NCBI GenBank assembly: GCA_977018835.1
Contig: OZ361261.1
Coordinates: 1,178,001-1,242,000, forward strand
DNA from: Minutocellus sp. GHC0000111
Taxonomy: Eukaryota
DNA: 64,000 nt
Reading direction: 5' to 3'
Shown: positions 25,931 to 36,482 of the stretch, piece after piece
Numbering within the stretch: the stretch's first letter is position 1
Layout: each line of letters starts with the position of its first letter
Translations under genes and position numbers: made by a program
Notes under the pieces: model-generated
What the model saw: the letters and a program-made list of their open reading frames with translations, nothing else
The model's database searches: none
Told to the model about the DNA's origin: nothing

Positions 25931-27655
25931 TCAAATATTATTTCCCTCCGCTCGCCTGAGATGAAATGCATAATGTCGAATCTGAACCAAGGCCGCGGCA
26001 ATAGCATCGGGATATCGTAAAGCATTGTGTTCCATTCCAAATGAAAACAGACTCACGACCTGTGCAATATTGTCTTGCATCTGTTGGATTTGGTGCGGTT
26101 CTTCCAACAGTAACTTTTCCAACGTAGGAATGAGGCATGGTACGCCACAGGTTCCATTAATCGGCACCAACAACTGGTAATAATCAATTCCCATTACTGG
26201 CTCGTCAAAGAAGGTGCCTCTAACAAATGGATAGACGATGCGAATCGATGAGCCTCCCTGCTCAAAATGAGAAGGATAGCCTGTCTCATGAGACTGGTCG
26301 TATTCCAAAACGACCGGGATGCAGCCGCTGAGCCACACATCAAATATCCTCTTTTGGCCGGGTGTGTCGCCGTGCAAACAAGGACAAAAGATGGAATCTC
26401 TGTACATCTTGAATATCTCTTCTTCCGCATCCACCATTGTATCACTGACAAAGACCTCACGTCCACCCAGTGTTTGATTCTGTGACACATACATTTGTGC
26501 TTCGTCGAAGAAAATTTGCCGCACATTTTGCTCGTCGCTCTTGATGTTGGTGCGAAATAAAAATGCCGACATGGCATATCGCCGATCCAGCGATGACTTC
26601 CAAGGCAAAGTAGATCTTTTACTGCCACTCAACGACACCAAGTGATTGGGCTGATATTTTTCGTTTGTATTTGCATATGGTATGATCACTTGTCCGCTGT
26701 TTTCTCCCTGTGCCATCATGTCTGTCATTGGTTCCATCCCTACCAGAAGCGGCATTTCCCTCATTGTTGGCTGGGCCACATCCCCCTGGGCCGAATTGAA
26801 AAATACATGCCGAGACAATGTAGCCGGGCTCAAATGTTCAAGATGGTCCAACACATTCTCTGCAATCATGTGGCTCTTGATCTTGAAACATCGAGCCTTG
26901 GTGTTGTGACAGGCACAGTCCGCCGTGGATGCATATGGAACTATGAATACATCGGCTTCGTTTGCATCATACGTTCGCAACTTCCCCTTGTATTCCGAAA
27001 ACGAACGACTAAGAATGACATCCCCATTGCGATTGAAGCGTCGGCTGGAGTAGTATCCTGATGAACGCGTCGTTTCGGAACAGAGCGAAGTACCCCAGTC
27101 GCAATTGCTGGTCCGATTCCCATATTTGTTTCCCTTCTTGCCCGGTCGGTTCAGTTTGCGCTCGATGCACCGAGATAGATACGGCCATGTTCGATCCTCC
27201 GGCAGGCTGTCGTACACATAAAATCGAAAACTTCCATTTGGATGCGCAGCAGATATTCGGCGAATGTAGTCTTCGGCCTTGTTGGCATTGTTTGGCCCGT
27301 ATAGTATTCTCACGGCATCATCCATGGCACGCGATAAAGGATCGACATTGCTGTCAATCCCTGCTTTCACACTTTCTCTGGGGGCAATGGACTCCTCGGT
27401 GCTGCTGGTATCAGCCGAGGTCTCAATGTTGTCATTGCTCCAGGAAAAAGAAACGGCGGTTATTCGAGAAAACAGCACAAGATGGGAAGAGGCTGAGAGG
27501 AGCACCGTCACGACGAGACCGAGCAGGACCCGGCCACCGATCGTGCAGGCGAATATGTGAATCATTGATTGATCATGTGAACTGCGCAGTATCTTGTACA
27601 GTCGGCAACAATGCCGCTCGCTACTTATGACGTGACCCTCCAGCGGACCAGCCAC
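25931..27655 (-). CDS. Exostosin-family glycosyltransferase (GT47); start uncertain
   Basis: Signal anchor; FYVYD, ADVFIVP, SIFCPCLHGD…RIFD..LSGCIPV. Confidence 0.85.
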   Translation of the reverse strand: MAGPLEGHVISSERHCCRLYKILRSSHDQSMIHIFACTIGGRVLLGLVVTVLLSASSHLVLFSRITAVSFSWSNDNIETSADTSSTEESIAPRESVKAGIDSNVDPLSRAMDDAVRILYGPNNANKAEDYIRRISAAHPNGSFRFYVYDSLPEDRTWPYLSRCIERKLNRPGKKGNKYGNRTSNCDWGTSLCSETTRSSGYYSSRRFNRNGDVILSRSFSEYKGKLRTYDANEADVFIVPYASTADCACHNTKARCFKIKSHMIAENVLDHLEHLSPATLSRHVFFNSAQGDVAQPTMREMPLLVGMEPMTDMMAQGENSGQVIIPYANTNEKYQPNHLVSLSGSKRSTLPWKSSLDRRYAMSAFLFRTNIKSDEQNVRQIFFDEAQMYVSQNQTLGGREVFVSDTMVDAEEEIFKMYRDSIFCPCLHGDTPGQKRIFDVWLSGCIPVVLEYDQSHETGYPSHFEQGGSSIRIVYPFVRGTFFDEPVMGIDYYQLLVPINGTCGVPCLIPTLEKLLLEEPHQIQQMQDNIAQVVSLFSFGMEHNALRYPDAIAAALVQIRHYAFHLRRAEGNNI

Positions 27656-27909
27656 CTCTCGCCGAACTGCTGGCTGTTGGGATTTTCTGGAAAAGAAAAG
27701 GAAAAGGCAATTGGAAAAGAAGAGAAAACATGCCTTGACTTTTCTGGACTGCCTGCCGGACCATCGCCACTGTCTGTAACCGGACGACGAATAATAGCAT
27801 CGATGATCGATCGCACAGATTTGGGCATGTCATGCCCCGGCAAGATGAGATATCAAAAGTGCGTGTTATCACTATGCAATTATCGCTACTACCTCAAGAT
27901 TGCACCACA

Positions 27910-29391
27910 TCATGCCGCAGCTGACTCCTTCTTCAATTCCTCCATCTTTTGTATTGCCGCCGGAGTCGTACCGAGCCAAACTCCCTTGTGGACCTCACTC
28001 TCCTTCTCCCACCATTGAACAGGCGAGGTTTCAATCTTACCGGTCAGCGCCTCCACACCATCCGGCGTCACCAGCAATGTGTGCTCAAACTGTGCCGATC
28101 GCTTTCCATCGGTTGTTGTGGCCGTCCAATCATCCGGCCACGAAAGGCACTGGGCAGTGCCCTCACAGATCATGGGCTCGATAGTAAAGGTGTGACCCGG
28201 CGCCATCTGCCCATTGGGCTCGGTGTTGCGATAGTGAAAGATGTTGGGGTTGGTATGGAACACCGACCCGATGCCATGTCCGCAGAACTTCTTGACGGTG
28301 GAAAATCCCTCGGGGACGATGTGATCCTCAATGATCGTGCCAATGTCCTTGTAGTCGTTGCCGGGCTTGACGAAATTCATCGCCTTGACCCAGCAATCGT
28401 ACGTGGTCTGGAGGAGCTTCCGGCCGGCCTCGTCGGCCTCGCCAGCCACGAACATTTCGGAACAATCTCCGTGATATCCGTCGAGGTAGCACGTAATGTC
28501 AACGTTGATGATGTCACCTTCTTCCAATTTACGATCGTCGGGGATTCCATGGCAGATGACTGAGAGAATTGGAGTTGTAAAGCAGTGGTAAGAAAGGATT
28601 TTGTTAGAAAGCGGTTGCGCCCTGGAAGGAAGAGTGAAACAAGCAATAATGTAGAAATCGAAAGATCACAAATTATCAATTATCAATCATCAATCATCCT
28701 TGTAGCAGATATTATGTTTTGCTTCCTCACCTTCATTGACAGAAGTGCAGCAACTCTTTGGAAATCCATGATAGTTCAACGGCGAGGGATACGCCCCCCT
28801 CTTGAGCGTCTCTTCGTGAACGACGGCATCGATCTCATCGGTGGTAACGCCCGGCTGGACCATCCGACCGGCAATGTCCAGCACCTCCCGTGCAACCCGT
28901 CCGGCGGCCCTCATCTTTGCAATCTCCTCGGGAGTCTTCTGCTCAATGACCCACGGAAGCATCTGGGGGCGGTTCTTGGGCATGCCGTCGTCGGCGTAAT
29001 CGGGCTTCATGATGCCGGGGTCGGTCACGACCCGCTGCGGACTTTGGACGCCGGGAACGACCGTGCCGGCGTACTGGAAGGTCGGGTTGACCAGATTCTG
29101 CAGGGCGGCGACTGCCGGGGCGGCGCCGAATCCCTTTCCGATGGCCCCTCCGGAGGATTTGCCCTTACTGCCGCCGCCCTTGGACTTGCCCTTCTTCTTC
29201 TTGTTCATGTGGAGTGGACCGAGGGCCGACGCTCCCGACGAACGTCGTTGCTGAAGGGGAAGCAGCACGTTTTCCTGGTGATCATGATGTCTTGGCGATG
29301 CAACTCCGCCCGGTGCGACGAAGGCATCGACCGCGACGCAAGCGGAGCATGCCAACAGGACAGAAACAAAGAGGTACGACCGCGCCATCAT
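27910..29391 (-). CDS. Methionine aminopeptidase type I, plastid-type presequence; intron 28560-28730
   Basis: YPSPLNYHGFPKSCCTSVNE|VICHGIPD, GHGIG, FTIEPMI, SAQFEHT; VDAFVAP presequence. Confidence 0.95.
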
Positions 29392-29809
29392 CGTCGGTGC
29401 GAGTTCTATTCGGCTAAAAGGAGGCGGCTCACGCTCGGCCTTCAACCCAGTCAATCAGCACGTTTTGCGTTTGAGTTGATGTGATGGTCGTCTGTCGTCG
29501 TGCGAACGTCGGCGAAGTGACTGAAAACGTCGCCGAGCGAGCAGAACGAACGAAGATACAAGCCTCAAGCAAGGTGCTTCAAAGCGAAGATACAAGTGAT
29601 CGCCGTCGCCCGCATAATACTGCACTCTGAGACTTTGGGGGGATCTCGGTTTGCAGCGTATCTTTTCATTTTACACCCGTGACGCCTATATCTCTGCAAG
29701 AGATTGGATTGTTCTTTTCTGACGGTTTGGTGTGGTAGTTTGTATTGTGCGAGAATCGTCGAATCGAATCCCATCTCGCCATACCAAGCAACCTGTGCGA
29801 GAAATAACC

Positions 29810-31345
29810 ATGAAGATCAGCCAGGTTGTACTCTGTGCCGTGCTATTGGGAGGCCAGTCTCTGCGAACAAATGCCTTTAGCGGGGGGCAGCAATTCCAGC
29901 GGCCCAAAATTGTGCCCAAGGGCGAGTCGTCGAACGAGGATGAGCCAACAAACATGAATGATGATGAACCGTTGTTGCAGTCGTCGAAGCCCAAGAAGCT
30001 AACGGAAGATCTGCCACCGTCGGCTCGAACAACCAAAAGGAGCAGTAGTAGCAACAGCCCATCCTCTCCCCAGCCAATTGTATCGGGCGATCGGGCCAAT
30101 TCCGATCGATATCAGAACTCCATGAGCCCCTGGTCAACATCAGGAGGATCAGGAGGAGCGCCCTCCGCGATCTCCGCTACCATCGGAGGTCGTAGTTCCC
30201 AGATCCAGCAGCAGCCTCCGAGAAAGAGCAAGCCGCGGACGAGCCGGGCGGCGTCGGCCATTCCCATCATTAGCAGTGGTAGTAGTGGCGCTGAAAATGA
30301 TAACAGCAACAAGCAGCCGACATCGTTCAACACGAGCGGCGTGTCGCGCGGAGCCGTTGCCAGCATGACCTCCTCGGCACCGCCGGCGGATGGCACTACA
30401 GTCTCCCATGCCGCCGCCTCCAATGCCGGCATGAGCGTGGGGTCCGTGGGTTCCATGACCTCCTCGCAACCCCCCACGGGTGGCACCACCGTGTCGCATG
30501 CCAGTGGCACGTCAACAGGTACGGAATTCGGCTCCGTCGGACAAATGACGTCGTCCACCCCGCCCACCGGTGGGACCACGGTGGCACACGCCAGCGCCTC
30601 CACCTCCGGGATGAGCGTGGGGTCGGTCGGGCAGATGACGTCCACCCAACCCCCGGCCGGTGGGACCACCGTCACCCACGATGCCGTCGTGTCGGGAGAT
30701 CGGGCAGCGGATCGGTATCAGAACTCCATGATGAATTCCGATCAGGGCAACCGTTCGTCGGCCACGTACAAACCAAAGCCGCGGATTAGCCGGGCGGCCA
30801 AGGCCATACCGGTAGTTGGTGGTGGGGGCAGTAGTGCTTCTAGTAGTGGCGGCATCATCAGTGATGCGGGTGGCGCCAGTGCTAGTGCACCAACGTCCAA
30901 CACTAGCGGTGTGTCCCGGGGATCCATTGCATCGATGACCACGTCGGCTCCGGTCAAGGCTGGTCGATCAGCGGTAGCAGCAACTCCCGCCGCGGATGCA
31001 ACACCGGTAGTGTCCGGAGATCGAGCCTGCGCCGATCGGTATCAAAATTCCATCGCCTCGGCGACCGATCCCATCCGTTCGTCGACGTACCGAGGTCCGG
31101 CCAAGGTGACCAGGGCTGCCAAGACCATCCCCACAATGCCCGATGGGTCGTCGGCAGGTGGATCTCCGTGGGTGCCAAAGGCTGGCGCTGAGGATAATGC
31201 CGCCGCTGCTGTCCCGCCCAAGGAGATGAAGCCCAATGCTCCACCTCGTAGGGGGGCAGTCGATGAAAGCATCAAGCCCATAATCAGCGGCCAGGTCGGT
31301 GCCAATGTCAACGATCGATATGGCAATTCAATGACTCAGGACTAG
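29810..31345 (+). CDS. Low-complexity repeat protein with signal peptide and NA-F motif (possible plastid targeting)
   Basis: Intact 511-aa ORF; 4x ~31-aa MTS(S/T)xPPxGGTTV units and 4x SG…DRYxNS. Confidence 0.8.
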   Translation: MKISQVVLCAVLLGGQSLRTNAFSGGQQFQRPKIVPKGESSNEDEPTNMNDDEPLLQSSKPKKLTEDLPPSARTTKRSSSSNSPSSPQPIVSGDRANSDRYQNSMSPWSTSGGSGGAPSAISATIGGRSSQIQQQPPRKSKPRTSRAASAIPIISSGSSGAENDNSNKQPTSFNTSGVSRGAVASMTSSAPPADGTTVSHAAASNAGMSVGSVGSMTSSQPPTGGTTVSHASGTSTGTEFGSVGQMTSSTPPTGGTTVAHASASTSGMSVGSVGQMTSTQPPAGGTTVTHDAVVSGDRAADRYQNSMMNSDQGNRSSATYKPKPRISRAAKAIPVVGGGGSSASSSGGIISDAGGASASAPTSNTSGVSRGSIASMTTSAPVKAGRSAVAATPAADATPVVSGDRACADRYQNSIASATDPIRSSTYRGPAKVTRAAKTIPTMPDGSSAGGSPWVPKAGAEDNAAAAVPPKEMKPNAPPRRGAVDESIKPIISGQVGANVNDRYGNSMTQD

Positions 31346-31514
31346 CTACGGTTTAGTGCAGTATTTCAACGCTGCGCTGGGGCTGGACAAGAATGGAACT
31401 TGGCGGCGCGCAACTAAGTACATAGGGCACTTTATATTGTTTATTTTGTTTCTAGTATCAGTATCGTAGCTAAGTAAGTGGTTAGCTCGCTAGCTAGATC
31501 GCAATACTTGGGCG

Positions 31515-34094
31515 TTAGAGTTGGTTCTGTTCAGGGAACGAGGGCAGCTGCTCAAAGTTTTCAATTAGAATATCACGATGAGCTTCCCTGGCAGCGGAGA
31601 AGGCGTCCATCATCTGACCGAGGACACTCTGGCCCTTGCCGGCTGCAATGAGAGTGACCAACATATGCTCCAAGGCCAGATGCTCGGCTCGGAACTTGGC
31701 CCGGATCAGGGGCACGTGCGTCTTGAGCTCGTCGCAATGCGTCACTCCCTTGGCATAATTATCGCCGAGCCATTCTCGCTTGAATTTGTCCTCAAAATCG
31801 CTTTGAAGCACCGAGTTACGTGCCATCTCGGACATGTCCGTCATGGAGAGGTCGAATGTGGCCCTAGCGACCGAATACTCCTCCAGGAGGGCGTCGTCAC
31901 TCATGTGGAAGAGGAGCGGGTCATCAGTTGATATGGTGACATTCAGGCCTCGCTTGAATAGTTTTGGAAAAGGCGAGGTGCCGATCTTGCGGAAAAGGAA
32001 ATTGTTGGACAGGGGCGAAATCGAGAGACCAACTTGATCGAGGTAATAGAGGTACTGCAACGAAACTTGACGATCGAGGTTGATGCCGTGATTTACGCTT
32101 TGGCAGAGCATATAGGCAGCGGCACAGTGCATCACATCCCCAGTCTCGCCTGCATGAGGTCGAAAGGAGAAGGTGTTGAGACCCCGAGCTTTCCGCAGAT
32201 GGTTGAGCACCTCTAGATTTGCCCACAGGTAGTACAACTGCCAGCTATAGGCTGGATTTTGCTGCGACTTCCAAGCCGATGCACGGGTGCAGTTGCAAGG
32301 CGCCTCGGCCGCTCCCTCGTCGTCTACAGAGTCAAATCCGACAATATGATTAAGTAGCTCAGCCACTTCCGAATGCTCATCGGGGTGGAGGGTGGCATCG
32401 AACATTGGTATAAAGATATTTTCTAGCATGTTCTGAAACGTCCTCGGCGCCGATTCTCCGTCCTTCTTTTTGGCGCTGTAGATCCTCCACAGCCTAAGCA
32501 CCTGGACCATCCAACGATTGTGCGTCGAAAGGACCGGCCCGGGGAAGTCACCGCCCTGCCAATCACGAAGCATCCATCGAGCCAGATTGGACCACTCGTT
32601 TCGGGCCATGCCGTAGATGGACAGCCTCATTTCTGACGCGGAATTATGTCCCTTGGACTGCTCCAATCTCGCAAGCACAATCTTGGTGAGCTCGGCAAAG
32701 TACCGACCCTCAATGTGATTCTCCATCTTGAGGAAAATCTTGCGCATCTGTGCCATCCGGAACGGCGAATACTTGCTGTTGAAGTTGTCGAATCGTTGGT
32801 AGACACTGTAATCCGCCAACACATTGAAGGCATCGATGGTCAGATGGTCAGAATCCAACCCGGCCTTTTCAAAGACCTCACCGAGGGTCGATCCATCACT
32901 GAGCACAACAGTATCCGATTCAGTCCGGAGCTTCTCACGGACAAAGTTGACAAACTGTTTTGCAGTCGGAGCACCCGCAAGGTGGATGTGGTTATCGACC
33001 TTCATGGTTCTATAGAAATCGGTACCAAGTAGGTTGGACTGGGCGTCGTTCTCCACATGGCCGTTGGCTGTTACGTGCATTTTGAAGGCCGACGTGAGCA
33101 TCTGCAACCGTTGGAAGCAGAAGGACCGCATGGCCCCGTCGCTGGCGATCTCCACGAGGCGGTGGTAGTCGTTGACGAATTCGTGGAGCTGGGGTACCTG
33201 GATGAGATTGATGTCGTCGTCGGTGCAGTACAGCTCGACCACACCATTGATGCCAAATTTGTACGCAAGATTGTTCTGCTGGAGCAATGCGTTGCCCTCG
33301 GGCAAAATCTTGGTCCCACCACCACCCTCATACTTGCGCCTCATGCCCCGTGCCTCCTCAATGTACTTGCATGCCATTTCATGCTCTTCGGTCACCGACC
33401 CGGAGCCATAAAATACCAGAGACCGGGTAAACGACAAGGCATCGCGGTTGGGCCATGGTTGGCCCTCCGAGGGCCGTTCCCGTGCCGGCGGGTCCTGCTG
33501 CTGCTGTTGTTGTTGACCTGGCAGTGGCGCCGAACGGGCTCGATTGGCCGGAGTGAAGAGGCCGGCCACCTGCACCGCCGCCGCTGCCGTCGTGGCTCCG
33601 CCACTACCGCCGCCACTACTGCCCACCTCCTGACACACCACCGGCACCTCCTCGCCGCATGCCTCCTCCTCCTCTTCCTCTACACCAACATCCGCCAAGT
33701 TGGTCCGGCTCTCCTGCCGCGACAATTTGCGCTCGCTCTCATTCTCGTCGTCCAGGGCGGCATACAGCGCGGCGTACTTGGGATGCGACTGGTGCCGTCC
33801 GTGTCGCAAAGGAAAATCGCTCACAATGTCCGAGACGTAGCCCAGTGTGGCCGAATCGGATGCCGAACCGCCGACGGAACCGCCCAGATCGCCATCATTG
33901 TCGTTGTTGTCGTCATTTTCGTCCGCATCGTGATCGTCATTTGGCGCCGCGGCGTCGAGGATCAGCTGACCGTCACTGCCGCCGCCGCCCTGATCGAGCT
34001 GAGACTGCACACTCAGATCACGAAGGAGGCGGATGGGCTCCGGCGGTCCACCGTCGGCGCCCCACGAATCCGATAGGTTGTTGCTGCTCGACAT
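31515..34094 (-). CDS. AMPD: AMP deaminase
   Basis: KVDNHIH, GFDSVDDE, FRPHAGETG, SPLSNN, STDDPLLFH. Confidence 0.95.
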   Translation of the reverse strand: MSSSNNLSDSWGADGGPPEPIRLLRDLSVQSQLDQGGGGSDGQLILDAAAPNDDHDADENDDNNDNDGDLGGSVGGSASDSATLGYVSDIVSDFPLRHGRHQSHPKYAALYAALDDENESERKLSRQESRTNLADVGVEEEEEEACGEEVPVVCQEVGSSGGGSGGATTAAAAVQVAGLFTPANRARSAPLPGQQQQQQQDPPARERPSEGQPWPNRDALSFTRSLVFYGSGSVTEEHEMACKYIEEARGMRRKYEGGGGTKILPEGNALLQQNNLAYKFGINGVVELYCTDDDINLIQVPQLHEFVNDYHRLVEIASDGAMRSFCFQRLQMLTSAFKMHVTANGHVENDAQSNLLGTDFYRTMKVDNHIHLAGAPTAKQFVNFVREKLRTESDTVVLSDGSTLGEVFEKAGLDSDHLTIDAFNVLADYSVYQRFDNFNSKYSPFRMAQMRKIFLKMENHIEGRYFAELTKIVLARLEQSKGHNSASEMRLSIYGMARNEWSNLARWMLRDWQGGDFPGPVLSTHNRWMVQVLRLWRIYSAKKKDGESAPRTFQNMLENIFIPMFDATLHPDEHSEVAELLNHIVGFDSVDDEGAAEAPCNCTRASAWKSQQNPAYSWQLYYLWANLEVLNHLRKARGLNTFSFRPHAGETGDVMHCAAAYMLCQSVNHGINLDRQVSLQYLYYLDQVGLSISPLSNNFLFRKIGTSPFPKLFKRGLNVTISTDDPLLFHMSDDALLEEYSVARATFDLSMTDMSEMARNSVLQSDFEDKFKREWLGDNYAKGVTHCDELKTHVPLIRAKFRAEHLALEHMLVTLIAAGKGQSVLGQMMDAFSAAREAHRDILIENFEQLPSFPEQNQL

Positions 34095-34419
34095 ATCGTA
34101 TGTATTGGAGTGTGCGATGCGTCACGAGAATTCCACTGGACTTGAATGGAGTTGTCAAGGATACGACGCACTTCAATTTGTGCTCGAAATTTTGTGCCGT
34201 TTTTTTTTTGGGGCTATTTTGAGCACAAATGAGAACAAGATACCGATGCGTTATCGCCAACTGCCTGGCGTTTGGTTCTGCCTGTTGTGATTGTCCTCGT
34301 TGCCGCTGGTTGTCCACAGTCTACGCGGACGAATTATGAGCGACTGATGAGCGACTGTCGTCATCGAGAATTTGGGTTTTGATGAGTAATCGGGATTAGA
34401 ATTCAAATGACGGGAGTAA

Positions 34420-34467
34420 AAGCCAACGCCGAAGCAGGCAGAAGCCAACGCCGAAGCAGGCAGAAGC
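34420..34467. repeat. Tandem 22-bp duplication AAGCCAACGCCGAAGCAGGCAG
   Basis: Two adjacent exact copies upstream of the MYND gene. Confidence 0.9.
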
Positions 34468-34543
34468 ATCAGCAAGCGAAGACCGAGAGAGCGCAGAGGC
34501 AGATACGCCACCAGCCGATGCTGCTGCCAATACTAGTACTAGT

Positions 34544-35939
34544 ATGGGGAAGAAGGGAAGGCGCCGCAGCAAGAAGACGAAGAAGGCCCCAGCCACCGCC
34601 GGCCATGGCGGCAGGCCCGATGCCATCACCGACGCGAATGCAGGGGCAGAGCTAAAGACGGGCCAGACCGGAGACTCGTGCGGGAAAAGTCATACAGACC
34701 AGCAGCCGAGGGGGGCTACTACGACTACTAGTACCACTACCGGTGCTGATCTGACTGCGAGTGCGCTGCCGTCCCCGTGCCCGAGCGTCCTGCGCAACCT
34801 CGTGTCGACCACCGCCGATCCGGCCAGCTGTGCGCTGTGTTCCAAGCCCATGCCCCCCGAGGACTGCAACTATTATTATCTGCTCTGCTGCGGGAGGCAC
34901 TGCTGCCACGATCATTGCGGCGACGCGGAGTATCTGGACCTGCTCGGCGACGAACGCTGCACATTTTGCAACGCGCAAAAATCGAAGCGGCTCCTTGCTG
35001 TCAAGGACAACGCCCACTTGGGCAAGCCCTGGGCGCAGTATCATTTTGGGATGCACTGCAAGGAAGCCAACCCCTCGCTATCGTTCCATTTCTTTGAGAA
35101 GGCAGCTGCGGTGGGTCATCCCGAGGCGTGTTTGGACCTGGCCGAGGCCTTCATTTCGGGGGAGCCACTGCCGACGGTTGGATACTGGGACGGCAACCGT
35201 TACCATCGATGGGTTGGCCCAGACCTACAAAAGGCCACACGATATGCGCAGAAGGCAAAGACAGTTTATACCGGATTTGCAGTTGAGGCCAATAGGTATT
35301 TGTCGTGGATCGCCCTGGAGCACGTTAATAATGGCGAAATGGACGCGGCGCGGGCTCTTGTGACTGGTGACCTTGGACACGGGACCGGCGCGAATTTCCT
35401 TGACGCCGACACCTGTGAAAGTATCGCCATCGTTCACCGTGAAGACGATCAACATCGCTCTGCCGGCGATTTTTTTTGCCAGGGCGTTCTGTCTTGGTGG
35501 AATCAATTCCGCTCTACTTTCGGCAATCGATTTCTTCAAGGCGGAAGAGTACTCCCTCTGCAAGTTGTGGCTAGGCGTTGCCTGCAGGGCCAAGCATGAC
35601 TTTACGCCATTTATCCCATTTGGTGAAAGCGAGGCAAAGGAATGGCCTGCCTTTCAGCGTCAGCGGGATGAAATGAAGTCAAAGCTACGTGAAATTCGCA
35701 ACTCCTGCGGTGGATACGGTGCTGCTTTGGAGGGCGATACGCGACAGTACTGCCGAGGGTGCCGGGCGTATTGCTACTGCAGTAGAGAGTGCCAAAAGCT
35801 CCACTGGAATCGCAAGAAGGATAGCCACAGGGATGAATGCAAGGAGACTCAAGACCATGCGCGCAGGGTCTTGGAGGCCATCAAGGGTGGCAATATTGAA
35901 CTGTCAAAGCCAGAAAAGAAGGAGGGGGAGGAGGTATAG
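34544..35939 (+). pseudogene. RING-like/SEL1-repeat/MYND zinc-finger protein, +1 frameshift in T8 run 35470-35477
   Basis: CALC…CCG…C…C.FC; PWAQY…AAAVGHPEA; C-terminal C..C….YCSRECQKLHW….H…C. Removing one T joins the ORFs (…GDFFARAF). Confidence 0.8.
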
Positions 35940-36201
35940 ATTTGATAAACCGTGTGCATGTTGAACTTCTTCTTCACAAGCATTCGGGCACATATATGCG
36001 AAAGAAGAACAATAACTATAATCCTACCATGTATAAGTAGAGTCTACGTAAGCGTTTATCAAATTGCCATCTTGAGGTCAGGGCAAGATCAATAGAGCCA
36101 AGGCAATAATCCTACCATGTAGATCTACTCTCTAGATCTAGCAAGACAAAGGGATAATTTTCCGCTCAAGCTGGACCTAAAGGTTTTCTATCCCTGAGCT
36201 C

Positions 36202-36285
36202 ATGCATTAGGAAGAAAGATATCTTGATAACTCAAATTTTAAAATGCATTAGGAAGAAAGATATCTTGATAACTCAAATTCTAAA
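36202..36285. repeat. Tandem 42-bp duplication
   Basis: ATGCATTAGGAAGAAAGATATCTTGATAACTCAAATT(T/C)TAAA x2, 1 mismatch. Confidence 0.9.
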
Positions 36286-36482
36286 AGTTACTGTATACTA
36301 TTGTTCAAAATATATCACCACCGACTCGCATTGACAATGTATGATACTTGTGTAGATGCAGGGCGCAAAGAGTCAACTTTGCTGCGACCAATACATGTAT
36401 GTAAATGATTGTTGTCGTAGCCACCAATGAAGATGGCCACTCAAAACTGAAAATCCCCAACATATAGTGAGATATTGGATGC

